A stretch of DNA of 64,000 nucleotides from Candidatus Aminicenantes bacterium (GTDB lineage Bacteria; Acidobacteriota; Aminicenantia; Aminicenantales; JAFGBC01): positions 3,808,001-3,872,000 of the forward strand of contig OY969696.1 in the NCBI GenBank assembly GCA_963702005.1, read 5' to 3'. A program made the translations under genes and the position numbers. Shown in pieces: positions 27,203-36,877 of this stretch. How positions within the stretch are numbered: the stretch's first letter is position 1; each line of letters opens with the position of its first letter. Under the pieces are notes generated by a model. The model searched no databases and was not told where the DNA came from. It saw nothing but the letters and a program-made list of their open reading frames with translations.

Positions 27203-28432
27203 TTAAAACGGTCTTTTTGATCCGGCTGCGGCACCGGCTTTCTTCAACAGCGTCTTTGAAGTGTCCTCGCTCGAGGAGGTCAAATAGATCTCATAGTTAT
27301 TCGGTGTGTAATCGGCCCAGACAACATGAATGTGAGAGCTGTCTATTGCTATTGAAGGAGTCCGGGAGTCTCCTGCGTTATTAGAGAGATTCTGGAGGGC
27401 TTGCCAAGAAAGCCCTTCATCGGGTGATGTCCTGAAATAGATCTCACTGAGTCCCCCTGTCCAGTCATTCCAGACGACATAGAGATTCTGGCCGCGAACA
27501 ACTATTTTTGGATTCCAAGAGTGACCCGGCGTATTGGTAATCCTTTTAGGACCCTGCCAGCTAGCCCCTCCATTCGTTGATTTCCTGAAGTAGATCTCGT
27601 TGTTCCCCGGCGTATTATCCCCCCAAACCACAAAGAGGCTTGACCCGCTTACGGCGATGGAGGGATACCAGGAGCTGCCCGAACTAAAGGAGAGCCTTTT
27701 GCTCGCTTGCCAAGAGGCTCCCTCATCGGATGACTTCATAAAATAGATCTCATAATTCATGGGAGCGTAATCCGTCCATACCAGATAGAGGGTCGATCCG
27801 TTAACGGCGATGGCCGGAAGCCAGGAAGTAGTGGACGTAAAGGTCAATCTCTTTACGGCCTGCCAGGTGGTTCCTCCATCCGACGAAGTCCTCATGTAAA
27901 TCTCATCGTTTTCCTCTGCATTATTTATGTTTCCCGCTGCATTACCCATCCAGACAACATAGATCTTTGAGCGATGAACGGCAATTCTCGGATTATGAAG
28001 GCCACCGCCACCGGCAAGAGATGTGATTCTTACCTGAGATTGCCAGGTCGCCCCTCCGTTCGCCGATTTCCTAAAGTAGATCTTGGAGTTTCCGGGGGTG
28101 TCATCCTCCCAGACGACATAGATCTTTGAGCCGTCAGCGGCGATGTCCGGGTTTTTTGAGACACCTGAAGTATAAGTGAGCCTCCGGGCAGCTTGCCAGG
28201 TGGCTCCTCGATCGGACGACTTCAAAAAATAGATTTCCGGATGCTCCGCCGTTATTTGGTCGTCATCCCAGACGACATAGACATTGGAACCGCCGAGGGC
28301 GATGGCGGGATTAAATGACGAACCCGTATTATTCGTAAGCCTCTTCGTATCCCAGTCGGCTCCATAGCCGATACTCGAAGAGAAGGCCGACGAGATCAAA
28401 GCCGCTAAGACCATTATTCTGAAATGTTGCAT
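27203..28432 (-). CDS. Secreted BNR/Asp-box repeat beta-propeller (sialidase-like fold)
   Basis: Signal peptide; ~50-aa repeats P.IA..G..YVVW.D.TPGN.EIYFRKS.DGG.TW; low GC. Confidence 0.8.
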   Translation of the reverse strand: MQHFRIMVLAALISSAFSSSIGYGADWDTKRLTNNTGSSFNPAIALGGSNVYVVWDDDQITAEHPEIYFLKSSDRGATWQAARRLTYTSGVSKNPDIAADGSKIYVVWEDDTPGNSKIYFRKSANGGATWQSQVRITSLAGGGGLHNPRIAVHRSKIYVVWMGNAAGNINNAEENDEIYMRTSSDGGTTWQAVKRLTFTSTTSWLPAIAVNGSTLYLVWTDYAPMNYEIYFMKSSDEGASWQASKRLSFSSGSSWYPSIAVSGSSLFVVWGDNTPGNNEIYFRKSTNGGASWQGPKRITNTPGHSWNPKIVVRGQNLYVVWNDWTGGLSEIYFRTSPDEGLSWQALQNLSNNAGDSRTPSIAIDSSHIHVVWADYTPNNYEIYLTSSSEDTSKTLLKKAGAAAGSKRPF

Positions 28433-28541
28433 TTTTCCCTCCCTCCCATGTTTGCCTTAAATTTAGGCCTGTTTATATTATCTGTCAAGGGATGGTCTGT
28501 GAGGATTCCCTGCCAACCTCAGAGTTGCCGTAGCCTCGGAA

Positions 28542-29360
28542 TTATTTCTGGCAGCGGGGACAGAAATGGGTCGAGCGCTGGCCGAGCCGGATGCGCTCGA
28601 TGGGCCGGCCGCAGCGGGGACAGGGCTCGCCCGTCCGGCCGTAGGCCTTGAACTCGAGTTGGAACTCGCCCTCGACGCCGTCGCAGTCCGCGAAATCGCG
28701 GATGGTCGCGCCGCCCAGCCGGACGGCTTTCCGCAGGACGCTCCGGACGGCCGCCCGAAGCCGACGGACTTCAGCCGGGCTGAGGCCCGATGCGCGCCGG
28801 AGAGGATGGAGCCGCGATTCGAAAAGGATCTCGTCGGCGTAGATGTTTCCGATCCCGGCCAGGACGGATTGGTCGAGTAGGAGGCTCTTGAGCCGGGCCG
28901 TTCGTCCCCCGAGAACCGCTCCGAGTTCGCGCAAGGAAACCTTGAGAGGCTCCGGGCCGAGCGCGGCCAGGAGAGGGCCGCGCGGCAGGCCGTCCGTCCT
29001 CTGCAGGCTCATGAACCCGAACTTCCGGACGTCCCGGAACAGAAGCCGTCTCGGCTCATTCCGGAAGGTGACGACGGCATGGGTGTGCTTGTCCGGCCGG
29101 GCCGGCGCCGGCGAGAACAGGAATTGGCCTGTCATCTTGAGATGGAAGACGATCGTCCGGCCGCCCTCGCAGTCGACGAGAATGAGCTTGCCGCGCCTCC
29201 GAACCCGCAGGATCGCTTTCCCGCGGAGCGCCCGCAGGTCGGCCGTCGAAGCGTCCTTCAAGAGGTGAGGCGACCGGACGCGGACGCCCTCAATAACCAG
29301 GCCCAGGATCCGGACCATCAACCCGCGCACGACGGTTTCGACTTCGGGCAACTCCGGCAT
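28542..29360 (-). CDS. mutM: Formamidopyrimidine-DNA glycosylase
   Basis: MPELPEVET, RRGK, HLKMTG, GIGNIYADE, C-terminal zinc finger. Confidence 0.97.
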   Translation of the reverse strand: MPELPEVETVVRGLMVRILGLVIEGVRVRSPHLLKDASTADLRALRGKAILRVRRRGKLILVDCEGGRTIVFHLKMTGQFLFSPAPARPDKHTHAVVTFRNEPRRLLFRDVRKFGFMSLQRTDGLPRGPLLAALGPEPLKVSLRELGAVLGGRTARLKSLLLDQSVLAGIGNIYADEILFESRLHPLRRASGLSPAEVRRLRAAVRSVLRKAVRLGGATIRDFADCDGVEGEFQLEFKAYGRTGEPCPRCGRPIERIRLGQRSTHFCPRCQK

Positions 29361-29508
29361 GCCGCTATTCTAACACACCGATTGGACCGGTATACTTTTC
29401 CACACGCGTGATGATGGCGTTTTGAGGAGGGGTGTAGCTAAGCCCCACACCCCGAACGAAGCCGGGCTTGATTTGTTCTCCTCTTTTCTATAATATGGGA
29501 CACCGGAC

Positions 29509-29877
29509 ATGAAACCGAAAGTCGTCGTCGCCCCCATCCTGGGTTGGATCGTCCCCGGCCTGGGCCACGTCGTCCAGAAAAAATATCTTCGCGGCGCCAT
29601 CTTCTTCGTCTCGATCGCCGCCATGACGGCCCTGGGCCTGGCCATGGGCGGGCGCATCTATCCCTTCCAGACCGAAAACCCGCTGACCATCCTCGCCTTC
29701 CTCGCCGACCTGGGAAACCTCCTCGTCTACGGGCTCGCCCGCCTCCTGGGCTTCGGGCAGGGCGCCTTGGAGCGGATGACCTTCGAGTTCGGGACGGCCT
29801 ATATCGCGGGCGCCGGCCTCCTGAACTACCTCATCGCCCTGGACGCCCACGATATCGCCGTGGGGAAGAAGAAATGA
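29509..29877 (+). CDS. Membrane protein (DUF6677-like)
   Basis: WIVPGLGH...R...FF; EFGTAY...AGLLNYL..LDA.D. Confidence 0.7.
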   Translation: MKPKVVVAPILGWIVPGLGHVVQKKYLRGAIFFVSIAAMTALGLAMGGRIYPFQTENPLTILAFLADLGNLLVYGLARLLGFGQGALERMTFEFGTAYIAGAGLLNYLIALDAHDIAVGKKK

Positions 29878-30053
29878 TCTTCGAGAGCCACCTGCTGTCC
29901 ATGGTCGTCTACGCCTTCTTCACGGCCCTCGTCCTGGCCTTCATCCGGCGCCAGGATCGGAAGGCCCGCCTCCGCTACGGGTTGTTCGTCTTCCTGATCA
30001 TGGTCGGCGGCGCCCTCCTGTTCGGCTGGTTCATGTACTTGTTCACGCTCTAA
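29874..30053 (+). CDS. Small two-TM membrane protein (59 aa)
   Basis: MIFESHLLSMVVYAFFTALVLAFIRRQD...GWFMYLFTL; ATGA overlap with the upstream gene. Confidence 0.7.
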   Translation: MIFESHLLSMVVYAFFTALVLAFIRRQDRKARLRYGLFVFLIMVGGALLFGWFMYLFTL

Positions 30054-30071
30054 GAGCGTTCGGGCGAGGTC

Positions 30072-30773
30072 TTGATGCTTGTCAGCGACAACTTGATCGA
30101 GCTTTTCCACATCTGGCATCAGTACCAACGTCCCAACTGGGCCTTGTCCGATATCTCGCTCCGGGTCAAGAAGGGGGACTTCGTTTTCCTGACCGGGCCG
30201 AGCGGGTCGGGCAAGACGACCCTCCTCAAGATCATCTTCCGCGAGCTCATCCCGACCGAGGGCCAGATCGTCATCGAGGGCGTCAACATCCTGCGCATCC
30301 CCGACCACGGCATTTACCGGCTGCGGCGGATGATCGGGATCGTCTTTCAGGACTTCCGGCTTCTCTTTCACCGGCCCGTCTTCGAGAACGTCGCCCTCCC
30401 CCTTCAGGTCCTGGGCGTCCCCCGCAAGGACATCCGCCGCCGCGTCTTCAACGCCCTGCGCATGGTCAACCTCCAGCACAAGCTCGGCGACCCCCCCTCC
30501 CATCTCTCCTACGGCGAGCAGCAGCGGGTCGCCATCGCCCGGGCCATCGTCAACGCGCCCAAGATCCTCCTGGCCGACGAGCCGACCGGCAACCTCGACA
30601 CCGAGCTGGCCTTCGAGATCATCAGCCTGTTCAAGGAAATCAATAAGCAGGGGACGACCGTCATCATCGGGACCCACGACAAGGAGCTCATCCGGCACTT
30701 CGGGTCCAAGATTCTTTTCCTCCAGGCCGGCAAGCTCTTGGGAAAGGACGCACTCCCATCCTCCGAAAATTGA
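30072..30773 (+). CDS. ftsE: Cell division ATP-binding protein FtsE (true start may be a few codons downstream)
   Basis: GPSGSGKTT, IGIVFQDFRLL, EQQRVAIARA, LADEPTGNLD; followed by ftsX. Confidence 0.93.
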   Translation: MMLVSDNLIELFHIWHQYQRPNWALSDISLRVKKGDFVFLTGPSGSGKTTLLKIIFRELIPTEGQIVIEGVNILRIPDHGIYRLRRMIGIVFQDFRLLFHRPVFENVALPLQVLGVPRKDIRRRVFNALRMVNLQHKLGDPPSHLSYGEQQRVAIARAIVNAPKILLADEPTGNLDTELAFEIISLFKEINKQGTTVIIGTHDKELIRHFGSKILFLQAGKLLGKDALPSSEN

Positions 30774-31654
30774 AGTACCTGGTCGGGGTCGGCCTGAGCA
30801 GCCTCTGGCAGTTCAGGATGCGGAATTTGTTCTCGGTGACGATCATCTGCCTGTCGTTCCTGATCCTGGGCGTTTTCTGGTCGCTGTCCAACAACCTCCA
30901 GCATATCGCCGCCCAGCTCGGGAAAAAGTTGGTCATCACCCTGTATCTGAACAAGGACCTCCCCGGCAAGGACGTCGGCCTCATCCGGGACAAGGCCGGC
31001 CGCTCCCCCGTCGTCGATTCCCTCCGGGTCATCGGCGAGGAGGAGGCCAAGGGGCGATTTCTGGCGAGCTTCCCCGAGCTCAAGGACGTCCTCGACAACA
31101 TCAAGGTCAATCCTTTTCCGGCCTCGGTCGAGGTGGTCCTCCGGGCGGACCAGGCGCGGCCCGAAGCCGTGACGGCCTTCATCCAGAGCATGGCCGCGAC
31201 GCCCGGCGTCGAGGACATCCAATACAACCGGGATTGGGTCGAAAAGGTCCGCTCCCTGGGCCGGCTGGCCCGGGCGATCGGTCTCTTCCTGGGCGGAATC
31301 CTCATCCTGGCCTCCTTCTTCATCATCTCCAACGTCATCAAGCTCAACGTCCTGTCTCGCAAGAACGAGATCGAGATTCTCCGCTTGGTCGGCGGCACCA
31401 ACACCTTCATTCGCGTCCCGTTCCTGATCGAGGGCACCATCCTGGGCATCCTGGGGAGTCTGGTCTCGCTTCTTCTCCTCCTCGTCCTGATCAAGATTTT
31501 CCCCCTCTACTTAGGGTCGTCGCTGGGCGCCCTCCAAGAATTATTGAACTTCCGCTACCTCTCCTTCTCTCAGGGGCTGGGTTTGGTCGCGGCCGGCGGC
31601 GCGATCGGCTGGCTGGGAAGCTTGACCTCGGTTTCGAAGTTCCTCAAGGCATGA
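30770..31654 (+). CDS. ftsX: Cell division permease FtsX
   Basis: Four TM segments, NPFPAS, EIEILRLVGGT..FIRVPFLIEG. Confidence 0.92.
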   Translation: MKYLVGVGLSSLWQFRMRNLFSVTIICLSFLILGVFWSLSNNLQHIAAQLGKKLVITLYLNKDLPGKDVGLIRDKAGRSPVVDSLRVIGEEEAKGRFLASFPELKDVLDNIKVNPFPASVEVVLRADQARPEAVTAFIQSMAATPGVEDIQYNRDWVEKVRSLGRLARAIGLFLGGILILASFFIISNVIKLNVLSRKNEIEILRLVGGTNTFIRVPFLIEGTILGILGSLVSLLLLLVLIKIFPLYLGSSLGALQELLNFRYLSFSQGLGLVAAGGAIGWLGSLTSVSKFLKA

Positions 31655-31684
31655 CCATCCCGGGCGCGGACAAGGAAGCGTTTA

Positions 31685-31713
31685 TTGACAGTCTCCCGGG
31701 CTTAACCTACAAT
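31685..31713 (+). promoter_or_regulatory. Sigma70-type promoter upstream of rodZ
   Basis: TTGACA-17 bp-TACAAT, ending 10 bp before the ATG; no obvious RBS. Confidence 0.65.
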
Positions 31714-31723
31714 TTTCCTTAGC

Positions 31724-32488
31724 ATGTCCCCCCTCGGTCCGGACCTCAGGAGCGCACGGGAGGCGAAGGGGATCTCGCTCGAGGAGATCGCCGCCGCGAC
31801 CCGCATTAGTTTGAGGTATCTCAAGGCTTTGGAAGAGGGCGACCTGACCTCCTTTCCCAGCGAATTCTTCGCCCGGAGCGTCGTTCGCTCCTACGCCAAA
31901 GCGGTCGGCCTGGACGAGAAGGACTCCCTGGAGCGCTACCGGGCCCTCGGCCTCAAGACGGGTTCGGGACGAAAGCCGCTCGGGGAGGCGCCCCAGCGTC
32001 TCATCGTCGCCAAGGCCGGCCATCCCTATCTTATGAACGCGGCCTTCTTCCTTTTCGGCATCGCCATTATTGCCCTGACCCTATTCGTCTTCCTTAAAAA
32101 CCGCGGAGAGCGGCCCCTCGCCTCTCCGACGGCGGCCCAAACCGAGGCCCCGTCCTCCCTTCCCGTTCAAGTCCCCGTCAAGCCCCCGGCCGCAGAGGTC
32201 GCGGCCCCCGCCCCCGAGAAAATCCAAGGACTTCGCCTCGACCTCGCCTTCTCGGAATCGACCTGGATCCAGGTTTTCGCGGACGGGGCGGTCAAGCTCG
32301 ACGGCATCGAGGCGCCCGGCGCCTCGGTCCGGATCGAAGCCCGCTCCGAGCTCCTCATCCATATCGGAAACGCGGGCGGCGTCTCGGGCGTCCTCAACGG
32401 CAAGCCCTTGAAGCTTTTCGGCCGCTCCGGGGCCGTCGTCAAGAACATCCGGGTGACGCCCGCCAACCTCGGCGATTTCTGGAAGTAG
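31724..32488 (+). CDS. rodZ: RodZ-like HTH membrane protein with DUF4115 domain
   Basis: G..LR.ARE.KGISLEEIA..TRI...YL.ALEEG, one TM, W.QV.ADG...IGNAGGV...NGK. Confidence 0.85.
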   Translation: MSPLGPDLRSAREAKGISLEEIAAATRISLRYLKALEEGDLTSFPSEFFARSVVRSYAKAVGLDEKDSLERYRALGLKTGSGRKPLGEAPQRLIVAKAGHPYLMNAAFFLFGIAIIALTLFVFLKNRGERPLASPTAAQTEAPSSLPVQVPVKPPAAEVAAPAPEKIQGLRLDLAFSESTWIQVFADGAVKLDGIEAPGASVRIEARSELLIHIGNAGGVSGVLNGKPLKLFGRSGAVVKNIRVTPANLGDFWK

Positions 32489-32491
32489 GAC

Positions 32492-34663
32492 ATGGAACCG
32501 ACCAACGCCAAGCAGCGGGGCTCCCGGATCACCGGGGCCTTCATCATCCTCCTCATCATCCTCTTCTTCACGATCACCTTCTTCATCCGGGAATCCCAGG
32601 AATTTTCGCCGACCTCTCTGACCAAGATCCTCCTTTCCTCGCTCCAGATCATCGTCCTCCTCCTGTTTCTGATCCTGGCCCTCCTGCTCGGCCGAAACCT
32701 CATCAAGCTCCGGATCGAACGGAAGCGGAAGGTGGCCGGCTCCCACTTCAAGACGAAGCTCGTCTTCTTCTTCACGGCCCTCTCCTTCATCCCGACCCTC
32801 CTCCTCTTCCTGTTCGCCAGCGACCTCATCTCCCGCAACATCGAGAGCTGGTTCCAAACGCCCCTGGACAAAATTCTCGAAGACACCCAGAACGTCGCGG
32901 ACGGCTTCTACCGGAGCAGCGAGGAGATCACCTATCATTACGCCCAGATTTTGGCCCGGACCATCAAGCGCCAGGACCTCGTCGCCCCCGAGAGCCGGGT
33001 CGCTCTCCGCGAGTACATCCGGGACAAGCTGTCCGAATACCGGCTCGACGAGATCGGGATATTCCTCGAGGAGGAGGAGCTTTTCACTTACCTCAATCCG
33101 GCCCTCCCCCTCCAGGACTATCAGGACCTCAAGAAAAATATCGTCAAGCGGGCCCAGCTTGGCGAGCTGCTGAGGAGCATCGAGCCGCTCGGGAGCGGGG
33201 AGATGATCCGGCGCGGCGTCTCGTTCAACCTCCCCGGCGTCGGCAACGTCCTGGTCGCGACCGGCAAGTTCCTCGCCCAGAATTACACCCAGCGCATCGC
33301 CAACATCTCGGCCTACGTCGACCGCTACGGCCAGCTCAAGAGCCAGAAGGTCCCGGTCAAGACCTTCTACCTGATGACGCTCCTCTTCATCACCCTCCTC
33401 ATTGTCTTCGCCGCGACCTGGATCGGCTTCCACCTGGCTAAGGGCATCACGGTTCCGATCGAGAAGCTGGCCCAAGCGACCCGGGAAGTCTCGCGGGGCA
33501 ACCTCTCCGTCCGGGTCGAGGACACGGCGACCGACGAGCTGGGGACCCTGATCGAGTCCTTCAACCAGATGATCTACGACCTCAAGCAGAGCCAGGGTCA
33601 CATCGCCCAGAAGACCTCCGAGCTCGAGGACCGCAAGGAGTACATCGAGACCATCCTCAACAACATCCAGACCGGGGTCATCACCCTGGACGCGGCCGGC
33701 CTGGTCACGACCATCAATCCCTCGGCCCGCGACATGCTCGTCCTCCCCGGACCGGACATCGTCGGCCGGGGCTACCGGGAGGTCCTGGCCAACCCCCGCT
33801 ACGAGGAGGTCGTCAAAACGATCGACTGGGGATTCCGCAACCGCTACCGCCTCTCGGACAAGGAAGTCCGGATCAGCGCCAACGGCCAGAGCACAACGGT
33901 CGCCCTGGCCCTTTCGCCGCTCCGGACCCCGGCCAACGAGTTCGCCGGCGTCATCGTCGTCCTCGACGACCTGACCCAGCTCATCAAGGCCCAGCGGATC
34001 GCGGCCTGGAAGGAGATCGCCCAACGGGTCGCCCACGAGATCAAGAACCCCCTGACGCCGATCCAGCTTTCGGCCGAGCGAATCATTAAAACCCTCCAGA
34101 AACGGGACGAGCGCTCGGCCGAAGTCGTCCAGGAAGGGGCCCGGACGATCATCCAGGAGACGCGGACGATCAAATCCCTGGTCGACGAGTTCTCGACCTT
34201 CGCCCGGATGCCGAGCGTCCGTCTCCAGGCGGCCGACCTCCACGCCATCGTCGGCCAGGTCGTCGTCCTGTTCGAGGGGATTTTCGAGGAGATCGGGTTC
34301 GATACGCTCCTGGCCTCGGACCTGCCGACGCCCCTCCAGCTCGACCCGGAGCAAATGAAGCGGGCCCTGATCAACCTGATCGACAACGCCATCGAGGCCA
34401 TGAACAAGAAGGGGACGGTCCGGATCGCGACGGCCTTTGACAAATCCGAACAAATGGTTAGAATAGAGGTCTCCGACACGGGCCCGGGCATCTCGTCCGA
34501 AGACCTGGGCAAGCTCTTCATGCCCCACTTCTCGACCAAGAAGAAGGGCTCGGGTCTGGGGCTGGCCATCGTCAGCCAGATCGTGAGCGAGCACAACGGG
34601 ACGATCGGCGTCGAGAACCTCAAGCCGAACGGGGCCAAGTTCACGATCCGGATCCCGGCCTGA
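32492..34663 (+). CDS. ntrY: NtrY-like HAMP-PAS sensor histidine kinase
   Basis: AWKEIAQRVAHEIKNPLTPIQLSAER, NLIDNA, DTGPG, GSGLGL. Confidence 0.9.
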   Translation: MEPTNAKQRGSRITGAFIILLIILFFTITFFIRESQEFSPTSLTKILLSSLQIIVLLLFLILALLLGRNLIKLRIERKRKVAGSHFKTKLVFFFTALSFIPTLLLFLFASDLISRNIESWFQTPLDKILEDTQNVADGFYRSSEEITYHYAQILARTIKRQDLVAPESRVALREYIRDKLSEYRLDEIGIFLEEEELFTYLNPALPLQDYQDLKKNIVKRAQLGELLRSIEPLGSGEMIRRGVSFNLPGVGNVLVATGKFLAQNYTQRIANISAYVDRYGQLKSQKVPVKTFYLMTLLFITLLIVFAATWIGFHLAKGITVPIEKLAQATREVSRGNLSVRVEDTATDELGTLIESFNQMIYDLKQSQGHIAQKTSELEDRKEYIETILNNIQTGVITLDAAGLVTTINPSARDMLVLPGPDIVGRGYREVLANPRYEEVVKTIDWGFRNRYRLSDKEVRISANGQSTTVALALSPLRTPANEFAGVIVVLDDLTQLIKAQRIAAWKEIAQRVAHEIKNPLTPIQLSAERIIKTLQKRDERSAEVVQEGARTIIQETRTIKSLVDEFSTFARMPSVRLQAADLHAIVGQVVVLFEGIFEEIGFDTLLASDLPTPLQLDPEQMKRALINLIDNAIEAMNKKGTVRIATAFDKSEQMVRIEVSDTGPGISSEDLGKLFMPHFSTKKKGSGLGLAIVSQIVSEHNGTIGVENLKPNGAKFTIRIPA

Positions 34664-34691
34664 ACTCGACCTCAAACGAGAGCCGCGCGCC

Positions 34692-36053
34692 ATGAACAAA
34701 GAAAAGATCCTGGTCATCGACGACGAATCGAACATCCGCTCCTCCCTCCAGGGCATCCTGGAGGACGAGGGCTACGGGATCCAGACCGCCGAGACGGGCG
34801 AGGACGCTCTCCGCGTCCTCGACAAACAGAACTTCGACCTCCTGCTCCTGGACGTCTGGCTGCCCGAGATGAGCGGGCTCGACGTCCTCAAGCGGGTCAA
34901 GCACTCCGAGGACAACCCCCCCGTCATCATGATCTCGGGACACGGGACGATCGAGACCGCCGTCCAGGCCACCAAGCTGGGCGCCTTCGACTTCCTGGAG
35001 AAGCCCCTATCGCTCGAGAAGGTCATCGTGACCGTCCAGAACGCCCTCAAGCAGCGCAAGCTCGAGGAGGAGAACGTCCAGCTCCGGGAGAAGGCCAAGA
35101 CCCGCTACCACCTCGTCGGCGAAAGCCGCTCGATCCGCAAGCTGCGCGAGGAGATCGCGACGGCCGCCCCCTCGAACGGCCGCGTCCTCATTTACGGCGA
35201 GAACGGGACCGGCAAGGAGTTCATCGCCCGGCTCATCCACCAGCAGAGCCAGCGCAGGGACCGCCGCTTCGTCGAGATCAACTGCGCGGCCGCCCCCGAC
35301 GATGTCATCGAGAACGAGCTGTTCGGCTACGTCCGGGACCATCTGCCCCACGCCGGCAAGGACAAGAAGGGGAAGTTCCTGCTGGCCGACGGAGGAACCC
35401 TGTTCCTGGACGAGATCGGGGAGATGAGCCTCAAGACCCAGGCCAAGCTCGTCCGCGTCATCGAGGAGCAGGAGTACGAGCCGCTCGGCTCGGCCGAACC
35501 GATCCCGATCGACGTCCGCCTCATCGCCGCGACCAGCAAGAACCTCAAGGAGCTCATCCCCAAGGGCAAGTTCCGGGAGGACCTCTTCTTCAAGCTCAAC
35601 GTCATTCCCTTGGTCATCCCGCCCCTGCGGGAGCGTAAAGAAGATATTCCGGTCCTGATCGCCGCCTTCCTCCTCTATTTCGCCGACGAGTACGGGAAGA
35701 AACCCAAGACGATGACGTCCCAGGCCATCGAGGCCTTCCTGAACTACACCTGGCCGGGGAACGTCAGCGAACTCATGAACGTCATCGAGCGCTTCGTGAT
35801 CATGGTCGCCGAACCCGAGATCGCCGCCTCCCACCTCTCGCTCCTGGTCGAGGCCCGCGAGATCGAGTCCACGCCCGGCCTGGCCGGGGGACGATCCCTC
35901 CCCCAGGCCCTGGAGGAATTCGAGCGGAGCTTCGTCCACCGGATCTTAACCCGGAACCGCTGGGACCTCGGGCGTTCGGCCCAGGCGCTCGGGGTCGAGG
36001 AACAAGTCCTCAAGGACCGGGTCAAGGCCCTGAACATCACCTTCATCGACTGA
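34692..36053 (+). CDS. ntrX: NtrX-like response regulator (REC-AAA+-HTH) with degenerate sigma54-interaction motifs
   Basis: REC (LLDVWLP, MISGHG), GENGTGKE, LFLDEIG; GAFTGA replaced by DHLPHA. Confidence 0.85.
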   Translation: MNKEKILVIDDESNIRSSLQGILEDEGYGIQTAETGEDALRVLDKQNFDLLLLDVWLPEMSGLDVLKRVKHSEDNPPVIMISGHGTIETAVQATKLGAFDFLEKPLSLEKVIVTVQNALKQRKLEEENVQLREKAKTRYHLVGESRSIRKLREEIATAAPSNGRVLIYGENGTGKEFIARLIHQQSQRRDRRFVEINCAAAPDDVIENELFGYVRDHLPHAGKDKKGKFLLADGGTLFLDEIGEMSLKTQAKLVRVIEEQEYEPLGSAEPIPIDVRLIAATSKNLKELIPKGKFREDLFFKLNVIPLVIPPLRERKEDIPVLIAAFLLYFADEYGKKPKTMTSQAIEAFLNYTWPGNVSELMNVIERFVIMVAEPEIAASHLSLLVEAREIESTPGLAGGRSLPQALEEFERSFVHRILTRNRWDLGRSAQALGVEEQVLKDRVKALNITFID

Positions 36054-36072
36054 GGCCGAAGGCCGCCGCCCC

Positions 36073-36828
36073 ATGCCGCTCGAGCAATCGGAAGCCGTCA
36101 TCCTCAGGACCTATCCGATCGGGGAGCAGGACAAGCTTGTCGTCGTCTTCAGCCAGGACAAGGGCGTTTTTAAGGGCGTCGCCAAGGGCGCCCGCAAGTT
36201 CGGGAACCGGTTCGGGTCGAGCCTGGAGCCAATGTCCCACGTCCGGGCCTTCTACTACGAGAAGGAGCGCCAGGAGCTGGTCACGATCTCGAACTGCGAC
36301 CTCCTCGAATCCTATTTCGACGTTCAGAAGGACCTCGACGTCGCCTGCGCCTTGTCTTATTTCGCCGAGCTCATCGAGGAGTTCTCGCCATCCCGGTCCC
36401 GCGACGACCTTCTCTACCGGCTCATGTTGACTCTATTGCGAGGATTCAAAGAGAGGGTCGACGTCCGGCTGCTGAGCCGCTATTTCGAGTCCTGGTTTCT
36501 GAGGATCAACGGCTGGCTGCCCGAGTTTAAGCGCTGCAAGAGATGCCGGAAGCCGCTGGCCGAGCCGGGCTGGCTCTCGCCCAAGCGTGACGGCGTTTAC
36601 TGCGATATCTGCGCGCCCGAGAAAAGGGACGCCGTCGAACTCGAGGTCCAATCCTTCACGGTCTGGGCCAAAAAGAACCCCCCGCTGGCCGAGGCGGCCG
36701 CTCCCTTCTCCCCCGAAGCCCTGGAGGCGGTGGGCCGGACGCACCAGCGCCTGATCGTCTATCATCTGGAAAAAGAGCCGCGCACGATGCGCTTCCTGAA
36801 AAAAGGCCCGTTCCAGGGCCCGCCTTGA
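36073..36828 (+). CDS. recO: DNA repair protein RecO
   Basis: AVILRT...GEQDKLV, AKGARK...RFGSSLEP, CxxC...CxxC. Confidence 0.93.
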   Translation: MPLEQSEAVILRTYPIGEQDKLVVVFSQDKGVFKGVAKGARKFGNRFGSSLEPMSHVRAFYYEKERQELVTISNCDLLESYFDVQKDLDVACALSYFAELIEEFSPSRSRDDLLYRLMLTLLRGFKERVDVRLLSRYFESWFLRINGWLPEFKRCKRCRKPLAEPGWLSPKRDGVYCDICAPEKRDAVELEVQSFTVWAKKNPPLAEAAAPFSPEALEAVGRTHQRLIVYHLEKEPRTMRFLKKGPFQGPP

Positions 36829-36877
36829 CATTATCCCTCATCCGGCACTACCATTCAAACGTAGCCAGGAGGGTGAT

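Noticed and set aside
32081-34756. 891-aa minus-strand ORF and similar long antisense ORFs (6282-7697, 20605-22473, 44062-45315, 51065-52990)
   Set aside because: They are shadows of GC-rich genes on the opposite strand, with no recognisable motifs.
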